From Alistipes sp. (GTDB taxonomy: Bacteria; Bacteroidota; Bacteroidia; Bacteroidales; Rikenellaceae), in assembly GCA_017555695.1 (NCBI GenBank), contig JAFZFX010000005.1:2855-66854 (forward strand): a DNA stretch of 64,000 nucleotides, written 5' to 3'. The position numbers were made by a program, and so were the translations under genes. This document shows, piece after piece, positions 9,393 to 18,911 of the stretch; position 1 is the stretch's first letter, and each line of letters begins with the position of its first letter. Under the pieces are notes generated by a model that was not told the DNA's origin, did no database searches, and saw only the letters and a program-made list of their open reading frames with translations.

Positions 9393-10316
9393 ATGAACAG
9401 AAAGGAGTTTATGAAAGTGGCGGCGGCATCGCTGGTGGCTGTTGGAGCCGATGGCGTAAATGCCAAGGTGTTTGCCACGCCCTCGGCAATTGACGAAAAG
9501 GCCTCTGTAGAGGAGGGTCTGCGAGTCAGATTTCTCGGAACGGGTGCTGCCGATTGGAATGGCAAGGATGATAGAGGCGAGCATCGTCGCCTATCGAGCA
9601 TACTCGTCGATGGCCATATCTTGATAGATGTTACGCCCACTAACCTCGAGATGTTGCCCGAAGGATGCAAGCCCGATGTGGTCTTCTTTACCCACTCTCA
9701 TGGCGACCACTACAACCCCGCTGCGGCAATCAAGGCGGGTGTAAAGAGGGTATATTTGAGCCAGACTTGGTACGATATTGCGTGCAATGATTTTATGCTT
9801 GCAGCGCGTGAGTTGCAGGCTACAATGCCCCAGATTATACCGCTGTATGTCGGTCAGCCCGTTGTTGTGGGTGATTTGCAGATAACGCCACTCCCAGCGA
9901 GTCATGCTACGAAAAATTTCTTTGAGCAGACGCTTATCTATCTTGTAGAGAAGCGAGGCGTAAGACTTATTTATGCAACCGATACGGGTGGTATTCCTGC
10001 CGTAGCGGCTCGTTTGGCTGGTATTGATGCCCACGAAAGAGATGGCAAACCCATTACGGCACTTATTATGGAGGCCACAATGGGGCGTCAACAAGATGAT
10101 GATTTCAGAATGTTTACTCACACGAGCGTCGATGGAGTTGAGCGCATCGTTAGAGTTTTGAATAAGACACGCCGATACACTCCGCCCGCAGGGCAACCGG
10201 TCTACTTGACTCATATGGCCCGCACTTTGCACCCTACGCAGAGGGAGTTAGACGCGACTCTGCCAGAGCCATTGGCGGCAGCTTATGATGGATTAGAGGT
10301 CGTGTTCAATATTTAA
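9393..10316 (+). CDS. MBL-fold metallo-hydrolase (PhnP-like) with a Tat-type leader
   Basis: FLGTGAA, THSHGDH, YATDTG, THM, AYDG; N-terminus MNRKEFMK plus hydrophobic stretch. Confidence 0.8.
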   Translation: MNRKEFMKVAAASLVAVGADGVNAKVFATPSAIDEKASVEEGLRVRFLGTGAADWNGKDDRGEHRRLSSILVDGHILIDVTPTNLEMLPEGCKPDVVFFTHSHGDHYNPAAAIKAGVKRVYLSQTWYDIACNDFMLAARELQATMPQIIPLYVGQPVVVGDLQITPLPASHATKNFFEQTLIYLVEKRGVRLIYATDTGGIPAVAARLAGIDAHERDGKPITALIMEATMGRQQDDDFRMFTHTSVDGVERIVRVLNKTRRYTPPAGQPVYLTHMARTLHPTQRELDATLPEPLAAAYDGLEVVFNI

Positions 10317-10317
10317 T

Positions 10318-10352
10318 AAAAACGGCTTGCAAATTACTTGCAAGCCGTTTTT
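10318..10352. terminator. Bidirectional intrinsic terminator
   Basis: Perfect inverted repeat AAAAACGGCTTGCAA/TTGCAAGCCGTTTTT between convergent genes. Confidence 0.88.
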
Positions 10353-10356
10353 GTTG

Positions 10357-13300
10357 TTACTCTTTAATCAACTCAAACTCCGCTCCCGAGCCAAAGTCCT
10401 GGCCGTTTTGTGAAGAGAGTCCGGTGAATCTTACATAGCGAGCCTTGACGGGTTTGTTGAAGATGACCTCCTGCTGTTTGTTGCCAGAGAATTCGCCTTG
10501 TGCGACGGGCTCTGACCAACTCTTGCCATCGTTGCTCACCTGCAACTTATAACCCTTAAAAGTGCCATTGGGAGAGCCATCCTGGCGGGGAAGATACTTG
10601 AAGCCCTTGATGCTCACCTCGGCGTTGGCGTCAAAGTCGATGTAGTGGGGGTAGTTGGCTACTGTCACCGAATACATCGTGTGCCATATCGTTGAGGGGT
10701 CGCCATCAATCAAGTTCTCGGCATCGTCGCCAGTCTCCTGGCTCGAGCAGAAGGCAATCGAGATGGGAATAGATGTAACCTCGCTGAATGTGTAGCGCGC
10801 CTCCAATTCGGGGGTGCTCTTCTCCCATACCGTGATGTCGCCGCCCTGACTCATATCCACGGGCTCGGTGTAGAGGGTAGCCTTGCCCTTATCGCCAACC
10901 TTATAATAAATCTCGGCATCGGCCTTTGTGCAGCTCATAGTCACCACGCCTCGTACGCTGCGTGATACCATTACGGGCGTTGCACCCGACGAGAGTACAT
11001 TGGCCTTTGCACTGTAATCATCGCCCGACTTGATGGGGCGGATGATGAAGCCAACAGAGTTCTCACCCGACTTCACAACATCTGGTGCAAGAGGACCTCC
11101 CTGACCGCAGCTGTTACCGCCAAGGCCGTTCACCTTCTTGTCGATGTTGAGCCAAGTGCCCGATGATGCGGGCAGCTGGAAGGGGTGTGCCGCCTCGGTA
11201 AGCTCAACAGAGTTCCACTCCAGAGCCGAAGTGGACATTCCCTCGGTAGATACTACCAATATGCCATTGCCAGCCTTGTTGGTGAGTGCCGCCCATCTTA
11301 CATCCTCGCGGTTAGCCATATCCTGAGGTTTGGGGAAGTGTACAAACTGCTCCTTTACGGTGCTGCGGTGCTGTTCGATGAATGCACCTGTCGAACGGTC
11401 GTTGTAGTTGTTCTGCGGGCCACGACCATAGTATGTGTACTGCGTCAGATCAGACGAAAGCTGCATCTGGTAGCCCATACGAGCCAGGCTAATAGAACTG
11501 TCGCTACCCGAAATCACGCTATTGAGCTCTATCGAACCATCGGGGTAGATAGTCCATATACGATTCGAGATGAAGTGGAAATCCTCGTCAGTCATCTCAC
11601 GCTCCTCATTGGCGAGCGTGAAACTGTTATCCTCGTTCTTGACTCTGCGTCCAGGATGTGTGGCCTGGCTACGCACGATGTACTGAATGACGATAGTGCC
11701 ATCCGCTTTGAGTCCCGTAGTCTGCATAGACAACGCCTTATCCTTTGTGTCGAACAATCCTAATGCAAACCAGCGGTTGAATGCCCAGTTGTCGTTATCG
11801 ACGGGCGCACGGTAGGTGTAGAGCTGCATCGAGTTGCCAGCGTTGAGTACGGTTGTGCCGTTGTATGTGAGGCTGTGCAGAGCGCCAGTCTCGTTGTTGA
11901 ACTCGATTGTGTAAGCATCACCGCCCGAAATAGTGGTTGTTTTACCTGCGGTTGTAACGCTCGGCATAATGCTGGTAGATGCCGCCTGCGCGATGTATTG
12001 GTTCTTTGTGGCGGCCTTCAACAGCATCTGCTCCTCCATCTGCACATAACCCTTCTTAGCCCACGGCATATCCTTCGAAAGCAAGAGCTGTACCTTAATG
12101 AAGTACTCCTTATCAGCCTTCAGATCGGCTGTGTGCAACTGTGGCTTGAACGACTTGCGTGTGCGGGGAGAGATGTTCAGATTGGGCTGAGTGTAACGCT
12201 CAATCTCCTTGCCATCCTCCCAAAGTGATACCACTACATCCAGATCATTGAGCGAAGTGAAGTAACGCTTGTTGAAGATGCAGATCTCGCCATTGTCGAG
12301 CATCGAGATGCCCGCATTCTGGTAAACCTTCTTCACCTCATAATACTGCGGTTTGGGAGTGTGGTCGGGGAAGATGATACCGTTCATACAGAAAGTGTGG
12401 TCGTTGGGGCGGTCACCGAAGTCACCACCATAGCCCATATATTTCACGCCACTCTGCTTATCCACATTCCAGAATGCTTGGTCGGCCCAATCCCAGATGG
12501 CACCGCCCATAAAGAAGTTGGTACTCTCGATAGCATCCCAATAGTCCTGCAGATTACCCACGGCATTACCCATCGAGTGTGCATACTCCGAGATGTGGAA
12601 CGGATACTTGATGGGAGCCTTGCCCGTTACGGCGTACTGTGTCCAGCCGATTGAGGGGTATTGGTTTGAACCTATATCCACGATGTTGTTGTTGCGCTCA
12701 TACTGCACGGGGCGAGTTGAGTCAAATGCCTTCAGTTCATTGTATGCCGCTACGAAGTTCTTGCCAGGGCCAGCCTCGTTACCGAGCGACCAGATGACAA
12801 CTGATGGATGGTTGACTGTAGCGTGCGCCATCTCCATGATGCGGGCGATGTGGGCATTCTTGAACTCCTCGACATGAGAAAGCGAGGCGTCACCGTAGTA
12901 ATATTGGTGGCTCTCGAGATTGGCCTCATCCTCGAGCATAATGCCGTATTTATCGCACAGATAATACCAGTAGGGTGCATTGGGGTAGTGTGAGCAACGC
13001 ACATGGTTGATGTTGCCACGCAGCATAAGCATAACCTCTTCGTGCATCTGCTCACGAGTGATGGCGTGGCCACGCTCCAAGTTGTTCTCGTGACGGTTTA
13101 CGCCCTTCATCTTGATAGGCTTGCCGTTTAGATAGTAGTAACGACCTGCCAAGCCGAACTCATCATCCTCGGCCTTTGTGTCGAGAAGTTCCACCTCGCG
13201 GAATCCGAAGTGAGTCGATGCACGCTCCACAATATTGCCCTTCTTGTTCAAAAGGCTCACAACGAGCGTGTAGCGGTTAGGCTCCTCGGCACTCCACTTT

Positions 13301-14391
13301 GCGGGGTTCTCTACATCAATTGAGAGAGTTGCGGTTGTAGTTGCCGATGGCTCGGTGATATCGATTGGTGTTATTGCTCTTGCCTCATTTAATGGAGTAT
13401 TCTCGTCGCTATAGAGTTCATTTTTGTAGATTGTGGCCAACACTCTGTAGCCTTTCGCAACCTTTGATGTAAGGTTGCGGATATCGACTGCAATATTAGC
13501 CTTGGCGTTCTTGTACTCTGCGTCGAGGTCGGTAGTGACGCGCAAGTCGCGTATCTCAACGGGGTTTGTAGCGGTGAGCGATACGGTGCGGAAGATACCC
13601 GGCAGACGGAACATATCCTGTGACTCTAGGAATGAAGCATCTGAGCTACGGTACACCTCTACTGCAACGGTGTTTTCGCCCTTAACCAAATAAGATGTGA
13701 TGTTAAAGGCTGCCAAATTGCGAGAGTTCTTCGAAAAACCTACATATTGACCGTTTATCCAGAGATAGAAGAACGAATCCACACCGTCGAAGTTGATGTA
13801 AACCTCTCGGCCATCCCACTCCGCGGGCAGAGTGAATGTGCGGCGGTAAGAGCCAACCTCGTTGCGGTTCTTGTATGTGGTATGGTGCTTGGCTGGCTCA
13901 CGCATAACGCCACCCTTCCAGTCACCAACGGCTACCGAGTGCTTGAAGATAACAGGCTGATTCACATAGATGGGCGTGCCGTACTTCTGGCTACCATCGT
14001 TCTGCAGACCATACACATTCCAGTTCATAGGCACCTCTACATCATCCCATGCCGATACATCGAAGTCGGGCTTGTAGAACTCAGTGGGGCGCTCCTCGGG
14101 GTTACCTACCCAATTGAACTTCCATACTCCATCGAGCGACTGATAGTAGGCACTATTTTCGGGTAACACCTTGCGTGCAGACTCCTCGCTGTTGAAGTGG
14201 AAGAACCACGCCTTGGGTTGCTCCTTGTTCAGTGAGAGTTCTGTGGGCGATTCCCATTCGGGATTTTGTGATTCGTAGCCTCTCGGTGCATCCTGCTTGC
14301 CATAGGCAAAGCCTTCGAGCGGCGAAATGGTTTGAGCAGTGGTGGTTGTTGCGAATACAACAGCCGTGATAAGCAAAAAGAATCTTGTCAT
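10357..14391 (-). CDS. Beta-galactosidase, GH2 (LacZ-type), with a C-terminal F5/8 (CBM32-like) domain
   Basis: KGVNRHE, NHVRCSHYP, WSLGNE, SEYAHSMGN; C-terminal NLIDGDPSTIWHT...ARYVRF discoidin motif; signal peptide. Confidence 0.93.
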   Translation of the reverse strand: MTRFFLLITAVVFATTTTAQTISPLEGFAYGKQDAPRGYESQNPEWESPTELSLNKEQPKAWFFHFNSEESARKVLPENSAYYQSLDGVWKFNWVGNPEERPTEFYKPDFDVSAWDDVEVPMNWNVYGLQNDGSQKYGTPIYVNQPVIFKHSVAVGDWKGGVMREPAKHHTTYKNRNEVGSYRRTFTLPAEWDGREVYINFDGVDSFFYLWINGQYVGFSKNSRNLAAFNITSYLVKGENTVAVEVYRSSDASFLESQDMFRLPGIFRTVSLTATNPVEIRDLRVTTDLDAEYKNAKANIAVDIRNLTSKVAKGYRVLATIYKNELYSDENTPLNEARAITPIDITEPSATTTATLSIDVENPAKWSAEEPNRYTLVVSLLNKKGNIVERASTHFGFREVELLDTKAEDDEFGLAGRYYYLNGKPIKMKGVNRHENNLERGHAITREQMHEEVMLMLRGNINHVRCSHYPNAPYWYYLCDKYGIMLEDEANLESHQYYYGDASLSHVEEFKNAHIARIMEMAHATVNHPSVVIWSLGNEAGPGKNFVAAYNELKAFDSTRPVQYERNNNIVDIGSNQYPSIGWTQYAVTGKAPIKYPFHISEYAHSMGNAVGNLQDYWDAIESTNFFMGGAIWDWADQAFWNVDKQSGVKYMGYGGDFGDRPNDHTFCMNGIIFPDHTPKPQYYEVKKVYQNAGISMLDNGEICIFNKRYFTSLNDLDVVVSLWEDGKEIERYTQPNLNISPRTRKSFKPQLHTADLKADKEYFIKVQLLLSKDMPWAKKGYVQMEEQMLLKAATKNQYIAQAASTSIMPSVTTAGKTTTISGGDAYTIEFNNETGALHSLTYNGTTVLNAGNSMQLYTYRAPVDNDNWAFNRWFALGLFDTKDKALSMQTTGLKADGTIVIQYIVRSQATHPGRRVKNEDNSFTLANEEREMTDEDFHFISNRIWTIYPDGSIELNSVISGSDSSISLARMGYQMQLSSDLTQYTYYGRGPQNNYNDRSTGAFIEQHRSTVKEQFVHFPKPQDMANREDVRWAALTNKAGNGILVVSTEGMSTSALEWNSVELTEAAHPFQLPASSGTWLNIDKKVNGLGGNSCGQGGPLAPDVVKSGENSVGFIIRPIKSGDDYSAKANVLSSGATPVMVSRSVRGVVTMSCTKADAEIYYKVGDKGKATLYTEPVDMSQGGDITVWEKSTPELEARYTFSEVTSIPISIAFCSSQETGDDAENLIDGDPSTIWHTMYSVTVANYPHYIDFDANAEVSIKGFKYLPRQDGSPNGTFKGYKLQVSNDGKSWSEPVAQGEFSGNKQQEVIFNKPVKARYVRFTGLSSQNGQDFGSGAEFELIKE

Positions 14392-14513
14392 AATATGTTT
14401 GTGTTATGTTTTGCTTTTGTGGGGCAAAGGTGTGCTGTGCAGACCTGCCTATAATCGGTACGAATATACTCCATTATATTCAAATAAACAAACGATTAGC
14501 TCCACTCATACGG

Positions 14514-14521
14514 CAAAAATA
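14514..14521 (-). promoter_or_regulatory. Candidate -7 element for the GH2 gene
   Basis: TATTTTTG on the minus strand. Confidence 0.45.
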
Positions 14522-14576
14522 TATAAATCGCTGTACTATTTTGCCGCTGGAGTTTGCGGCTTCTAAACAGATTATT

Positions 14577-14584
14577 TATCTTTG
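14577..14584 (+). promoter_or_regulatory. -7 element for the 14626 gene
   Basis: TATCTTTG ~40 nt before the ATG. Confidence 0.55.
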
Positions 14585-14625
14585 TGTAGAGTGAATAGTA
14601 AAACTGATTAAAACCACAATCTGAT

Positions 14626-16923
14626 ATGAGAAGAGCATTACTTGTTTTGTTGTTTACACTTTTCTGCGTCGGTGCGCAGTCGCAGGATGGCGTATTGTTG
14701 CCTGGTGAGGATGGCCGAAAGGCGGCACTTGAGTTTGATTATTTCCCGCACAGACAATATGCCTTTGTGTGGCGTAACTGGAGTGTGGTCGATAAATCAC
14801 TTTTGGCCGAGGTGCTATCAACATCGGTAGAGAATGTTGAGCAGTTGGCCGTGTCGATGGGCTTGCCACGCCGTCAGACGATTGAGCCCGAGTGGGCGAC
14901 TACACGAGGCTATATTACGGTTTTGCGCCGTAATTGGCATCTGTTGCCCTATGAGCAGTTGTTGCAGTTGCTTGGTTTTAGTCGTGAGGAGATGCGCTTC
15001 CGTCTGATTGAGGATGACTTCTTGTATGTAAAATTGGGTAATGTGAAGCCCTGGTGTGAACCACTGCGTTATGAGGCTCCGACAGAGGCTATGGAGGCGC
15101 GTGCGAGAGAGATTGCGGCCGATGTTAAGTCGCTCGGGCGTGATGCACTGAAAACCGATGAGCCTCGCTTCGGCTTTATGCGTGATTTCGATAAATTGCA
15201 GACAATGAAGCTATCATCGGAGTCGATAGCGAGCGATGGTGATGGCTTCGAACTTAGGATGATATATCCATATTTTGCCGATTTTGGTGACCCGTTGCTC
15301 GATGAGAGTATGAGTTCATATCCCGAAGAGCTTTTCCGCCGTTTGCAGCAGGTTGGTGTGAATGGTATATGGTTCCACTCGGTGATGCGTATGTTGGTGT
15401 TGCCCGATGAAAAGGGCTTCCCTGGTGACGAGAAGGCGTTGGATAGAATTGCGGGCTTGAATCGTCTGGTTGAGCGAGCTGCAAAGTATGGCATAAAGAT
15501 ATATCTCTATGTAAATGAGCCGCGTGCTATGGGAGAGGAGTACTTCGACGGAACGTCAGAGCGTATGGCTTACGCTGGCCCGAAGTATGGTGGTTTGCAC
15601 TCATTTTGTACCTCTAATCCCGATGTGTTGGATTGGTTGTCGCGCTCGATGGAGAGCATTTTTAGCAAGGTGAAGGGCCTTGGCGGTGTATTCACAATTA
15701 CGGCCTCGGAGAATCATACATCGTGTGCATCGCGCAATTACTACGACTGTCCGCTGTGTAAGGAGCGCGCCTACTCTGATTTGATTGTCGATATCAATCG
15801 TGCCATAGAGCAGGGCGTACACCGAGCCGCCCCCGATGCAAAGGTTATTGTGTGGGATTGGGCTTGGCCTGATAGTGAGTGCGAAAATATCATCAACAAT
15901 CTGCCAAAGCAGTGCTGGTTTATGTCAGTTAGCGAGTGGTCGAAACCTATCGAGCGAGGAGGCGTAAAGTCGTCGGTGGGTGAGTATTCGCTCTCGGCCG
16001 TAGGCCCTGGCCCTCGTGCGTTGCGTAATTGGGAGACGGCACGCCGTGCAGGATTGAAGACTGTTGCCAAGGTGCAGGTAAATGCCACTTGGGAAATGGC
16101 TGTTGTGCCATCGGTTCCCGTTCTTGACTTGGTGGCTCGTCACGCCGCTAATCTCTCACAGCAGAGTGTTAATGGCGTGATGTTGAGTTGGAGTCTGGGT
16201 GGTTATCCGTCTGAAAACCTCAAACTGTTCCAATCTGTCAAGCGTGGCGATGTGGCTGATGATGTGGTGATAAAGCTGGCTTGCGACGAGTATGGCCCGA
16301 AGGCGGGCGAGTTGGTGCGTGAGGCTTGGCGTAAATGCTCTGAAGGATTTGAGAACTATCCCTATCACGGCGTAACTGTATATAACGGCCCGCATCATGT
16401 TGGTCCCTCTAATCCGTTCTACCTCGATGTGACGGGATATGCAGCCACTATGGTGGGTATTCCTTACGATAACTATGATTCGTGGCGTTCTGTATATCCG
16501 CTCGATGTGTGGATTGGTCAGTTCGATAAAGCTGCCGAGGGTTTTGCGGAGGGCGTAGAGCTGTTGCGTCAAGCCGTGAAGGTTGCCAAGGGCGAACAAC
16601 GCGAGAAGGTCGCAGTGCAACTGCATCGTGCCGAGGCTGTCTATATCCATCTGAAATCTTCTGCCGAGCAGGCTCGTTTCTTTGAGGCTCGCAACAAGTT
16701 GAGTAAATGTCAGGATGCGGCCGAGCGAGAGGTGTATAAGCAGGCGATGCGTCGCGCTTGCCATAACGAGCAACAGCTTATTCGCCGAATGTTGCCTATC
16801 CTGTCTGTGGACTCGTCTATCGCCTATGAATCGTCAAATCAGTACTTCTATTTGCCCGCCGATTTGATTGAGGCATATATTAGTATCAGCTATGCTCTGC
16901 AATGGTTAGACGAAGTGGAGTAG
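14626..16923 (+). CDS. Secreted hypothetical protein, possible TIM-barrel glycoside hydrolase of unassigned family
   Basis: Signal peptide; GVNGIWFH, YGIKIYLYVNEP, VIVWDWAW beta/alpha pattern; normal codon usage. Confidence 0.55.
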   Translation: MRRALLVLLFTLFCVGAQSQDGVLLPGEDGRKAALEFDYFPHRQYAFVWRNWSVVDKSLLAEVLSTSVENVEQLAVSMGLPRRQTIEPEWATTRGYITVLRRNWHLLPYEQLLQLLGFSREEMRFRLIEDDFLYVKLGNVKPWCEPLRYEAPTEAMEARAREIAADVKSLGRDALKTDEPRFGFMRDFDKLQTMKLSSESIASDGDGFELRMIYPYFADFGDPLLDESMSSYPEELFRRLQQVGVNGIWFHSVMRMLVLPDEKGFPGDEKALDRIAGLNRLVERAAKYGIKIYLYVNEPRAMGEEYFDGTSERMAYAGPKYGGLHSFCTSNPDVLDWLSRSMESIFSKVKGLGGVFTITASENHTSCASRNYYDCPLCKERAYSDLIVDINRAIEQGVHRAAPDAKVIVWDWAWPDSECENIINNLPKQCWFMSVSEWSKPIERGGVKSSVGEYSLSAVGPGPRALRNWETARRAGLKTVAKVQVNATWEMAVVPSVPVLDLVARHAANLSQQSVNGVMLSWSLGGYPSENLKLFQSVKRGDVADDVVIKLACDEYGPKAGELVREAWRKCSEGFENYPYHGVTVYNGPHHVGPSNPFYLDVTGYAATMVGIPYDNYDSWRSVYPLDVWIGQFDKAAEGFAEGVELLRQAVKVAKGEQREKVAVQLHRAEAVYIHLKSSAEQARFFEARNKLSKCQDAAEREVYKQAMRRACHNEQQLIRRMLPILSVDSSIAYESSNQYFYLPADLIEAYISISYALQWLDEVE

Positions 16924-16999
16924 CGTGGCGTTGGCTCCATTTTGGGTGGTTTTAGGTTGGGCAAAAGATATAAAAGTTGTCGGAGTGAATAAAAAAATG

Positions 17000-17007
17000 T
17001 AACTTTG
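17000..17007 (+). promoter_or_regulatory. -7 element for the thioesterase-LytTR operon
   Basis: TAACTTTG 25 nt before the ATG. Confidence 0.6.
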
Positions 17008-17032
17008 TGCGACTAAACAATAGTTACAAAGT

Positions 17033-17758
17033 ATGGAAAAGAGCGTATTTAAGTATAGAATAGAGCCTAATAGAGTCGATTTCACGGGTCGTATCTCCGT
17101 CTCTTCGATGTTCGATATGATTCTCGCCGCTGCGGGTGAGGATGCTCACACGCGAGGTTTCGGAGTAGATGCTCTGGCGGTAAATGACTATGGTTGGGTG
17201 TTGTCACGCATCTGCTTTGAGTTGGATGCTTTGCCCAAGGAGTACTCAGATTTGACCCTATATACTTGGATTGGCGGATATAATCGCTTGATATCAACCC
17301 GTAACTTCCAGCTGGCTGATGCCGAAGGCAAGGAGTTCGGTCGTGCGGTGTCGCAGTGGTGTATGCTCGACTTCAATACCCGTATGCCTGCCGATATGAA
17401 CACTATGGCAAAGGCTCACGAGGGTAATATGGTCGATGCTCCAGAGCCTTGCGAGCGTCCGCGTCGTCTGTTGGCTGTTGATAGCGAGGTGGTGGGTAGT
17501 CACAAGGTGGCCTATAGCGACATCGATTTCAACCACCATATGAATACTATGCGATATATTGACTTGATTTTTGACTCTATGCCTATCGAGGTTATCGAGA
17601 ATTTGCAGTCGGTTCGTATGGATATCAACTTCGTCAAGGAGGCTCTTTATGGTGATGAGCTTTCGATCTATGGCAACGAGTGCGATGGTGTGCGCCAATA
17701 TGAGTTCCGTAACGCTGCGGGCGAGGTGTTGTGTCGTGCGGCTCTTGAGATTAAATAA
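17033..17758 (+). CDS. Acyl-ACP thioesterase (double hotdog fold)
   Basis: WVLSR and YSDIDFNHHMNTMRY motifs. Confidence 0.9.
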   Translation: MEKSVFKYRIEPNRVDFTGRISVSSMFDMILAAAGEDAHTRGFGVDALAVNDYGWVLSRICFELDALPKEYSDLTLYTWIGGYNRLISTRNFQLADAEGKEFGRAVSQWCMLDFNTRMPADMNTMAKAHEGNMVDAPEPCERPRRLLAVDSEVVGSHKVAYSDIDFNHHMNTMRYIDLIFDSMPIEVIENLQSVRMDINFVKEALYGDELSIYGNECDGVRQYEFRNAAGEVLCRAALEIK

Positions 17759-17782
17759 CGCTACACATTAAACTTTAGGGTG

Positions 17783-18658
17783 ATGAAACCGATTCCACAA
17801 TTTATATATAAGAGGTCGAATCAAATCGCGATGATTATCTTTGTGCCAATCTTCGCGCTTCTGTTTATCACCATATATAGCCCGTTTGATTTCGACAATG
17901 TGGACCCGCAGGGTAAACTGTTGTCGTTGCTGAATATCCGTTCGCGAGAGCTTATGGTGCAGCTCATCACGCTGGGACTTATCCTTGTGGGTATGGCTGT
18001 GGCAGCGGTGAGTAGATGGTTGATGGCTGTATATACCAAGCGACGCCAGATTTCGTATGTTGCCTACATTGCGTGGATTGCGTGCGAGGTGTTGGTTATG
18101 GCTGCGTTGTTTACGGCTGCTTCGGTGTTTACCGATACTGACAAGAGTGTGGTTACGCTCTTTAGGAATTCGCTTTTTAAGACATTCTTTATTCTGCTGA
18201 TTCCATATACGATGTGCTACATCTTCTTCATTTGGCAGGAGCGTGTGGCCCAGCTTCGTATCTTGACGCAGCGTATGGCCGAGGATGAGACACTGTTGCA
18301 AAATGCCTATGTGCAGATTTATGACGACAAGGGTGATATGCGCCTCTCGATTCGTCGCGAGAATCTGCTATTCATAGAGTCGGCCGACAACTATGTATGC
18401 GTGTGGTATATCAACAACAACGAGCCGAAGAAGGTGATGGTGCGTAATACGCTCAAGCATATTGCCGAGCATTTGGATGCTACACACATTCGTCGTTGTC
18501 ACAGGTCTTATGTGGTAAATCTTGACTTGGTGAAGGTCTTGCGCCGCGAGCGTGAAGGCGTATTCGTTGAGCTTGGCATTGCAGGTGTTCCTGATATTCC
18601 TATTTCGAAAACTTATTCTGAAAACATCCAGGCATGGCTGATGTCTAACTCTGATTAG
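17783..18658 (+). CDS. Membrane-anchored LytTR-family transcriptional regulator
   Basis: About four N-terminal TM segments; FIESADNYV, VRNTLK, RCHRSYVVN, IPISKTY; no receiver domain. Confidence 0.9.
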   Translation: MKPIPQFIYKRSNQIAMIIFVPIFALLFITIYSPFDFDNVDPQGKLLSLLNIRSRELMVQLITLGLILVGMAVAAVSRWLMAVYTKRRQISYVAYIAWIACEVLVMAALFTAASVFTDTDKSVVTLFRNSLFKTFFILLIPYTMCYIFFIWQERVAQLRILTQRMAEDETLLQNAYVQIYDDKGDMRLSIRRENLLFIESADNYVCVWYINNNEPKKVMVRNTLKHIAEHLDATHIRRCHRSYVVNLDLVKVLRREREGVFVELGIAGVPDIPISKTYSENIQAWLMSNSD

Positions 18659-18696
18659 GGGCGTTTAATAAGCTTGATATAGTATTAATAACAGCC

Positions 18697-18861
18697 GGGG
18701 CGAATTTTGAAATTCAAAATTTCGCCCCTAAATTTTGAATTTTATCCCCTATAGGGATTTCATCCCACCATTAGCTGCTATAGCCCATTTTTTTTGTTAT
18801 TCGGGCTTTGTATACGATATTCGCACCGTATAAATATATGTTCACCCGCAGGGGCGAAATT
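18697..18861. repeat. Array of GGGGCGAA(A/T)T / TTT(C/A)(G/T)CCCC repeats, candidate LytTR operator
   Basis: TTTCGCCCC (18720-28) and TTTATCCCC (18741-49) with a 12-bp spacer; perfect 12-bp inverted repeat 18718-29 / 18850-61; hairpin 18697-18728. Confidence 0.55.
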
Positions 18862-18911
18862 ATTTAAGAGGTTGAATTCAAGAAAATATTAAACATAAAA
18901 AGAATTAGTTT

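Noticed and set aside
14511-14546. Imperfect inverted repeat CGGCAAAAATA...TATTTTGCCG between divergent genes
   Set aside because: Could be an operator, but it is short, overlaps a -7 element and has no nearby regulator; too weak to call
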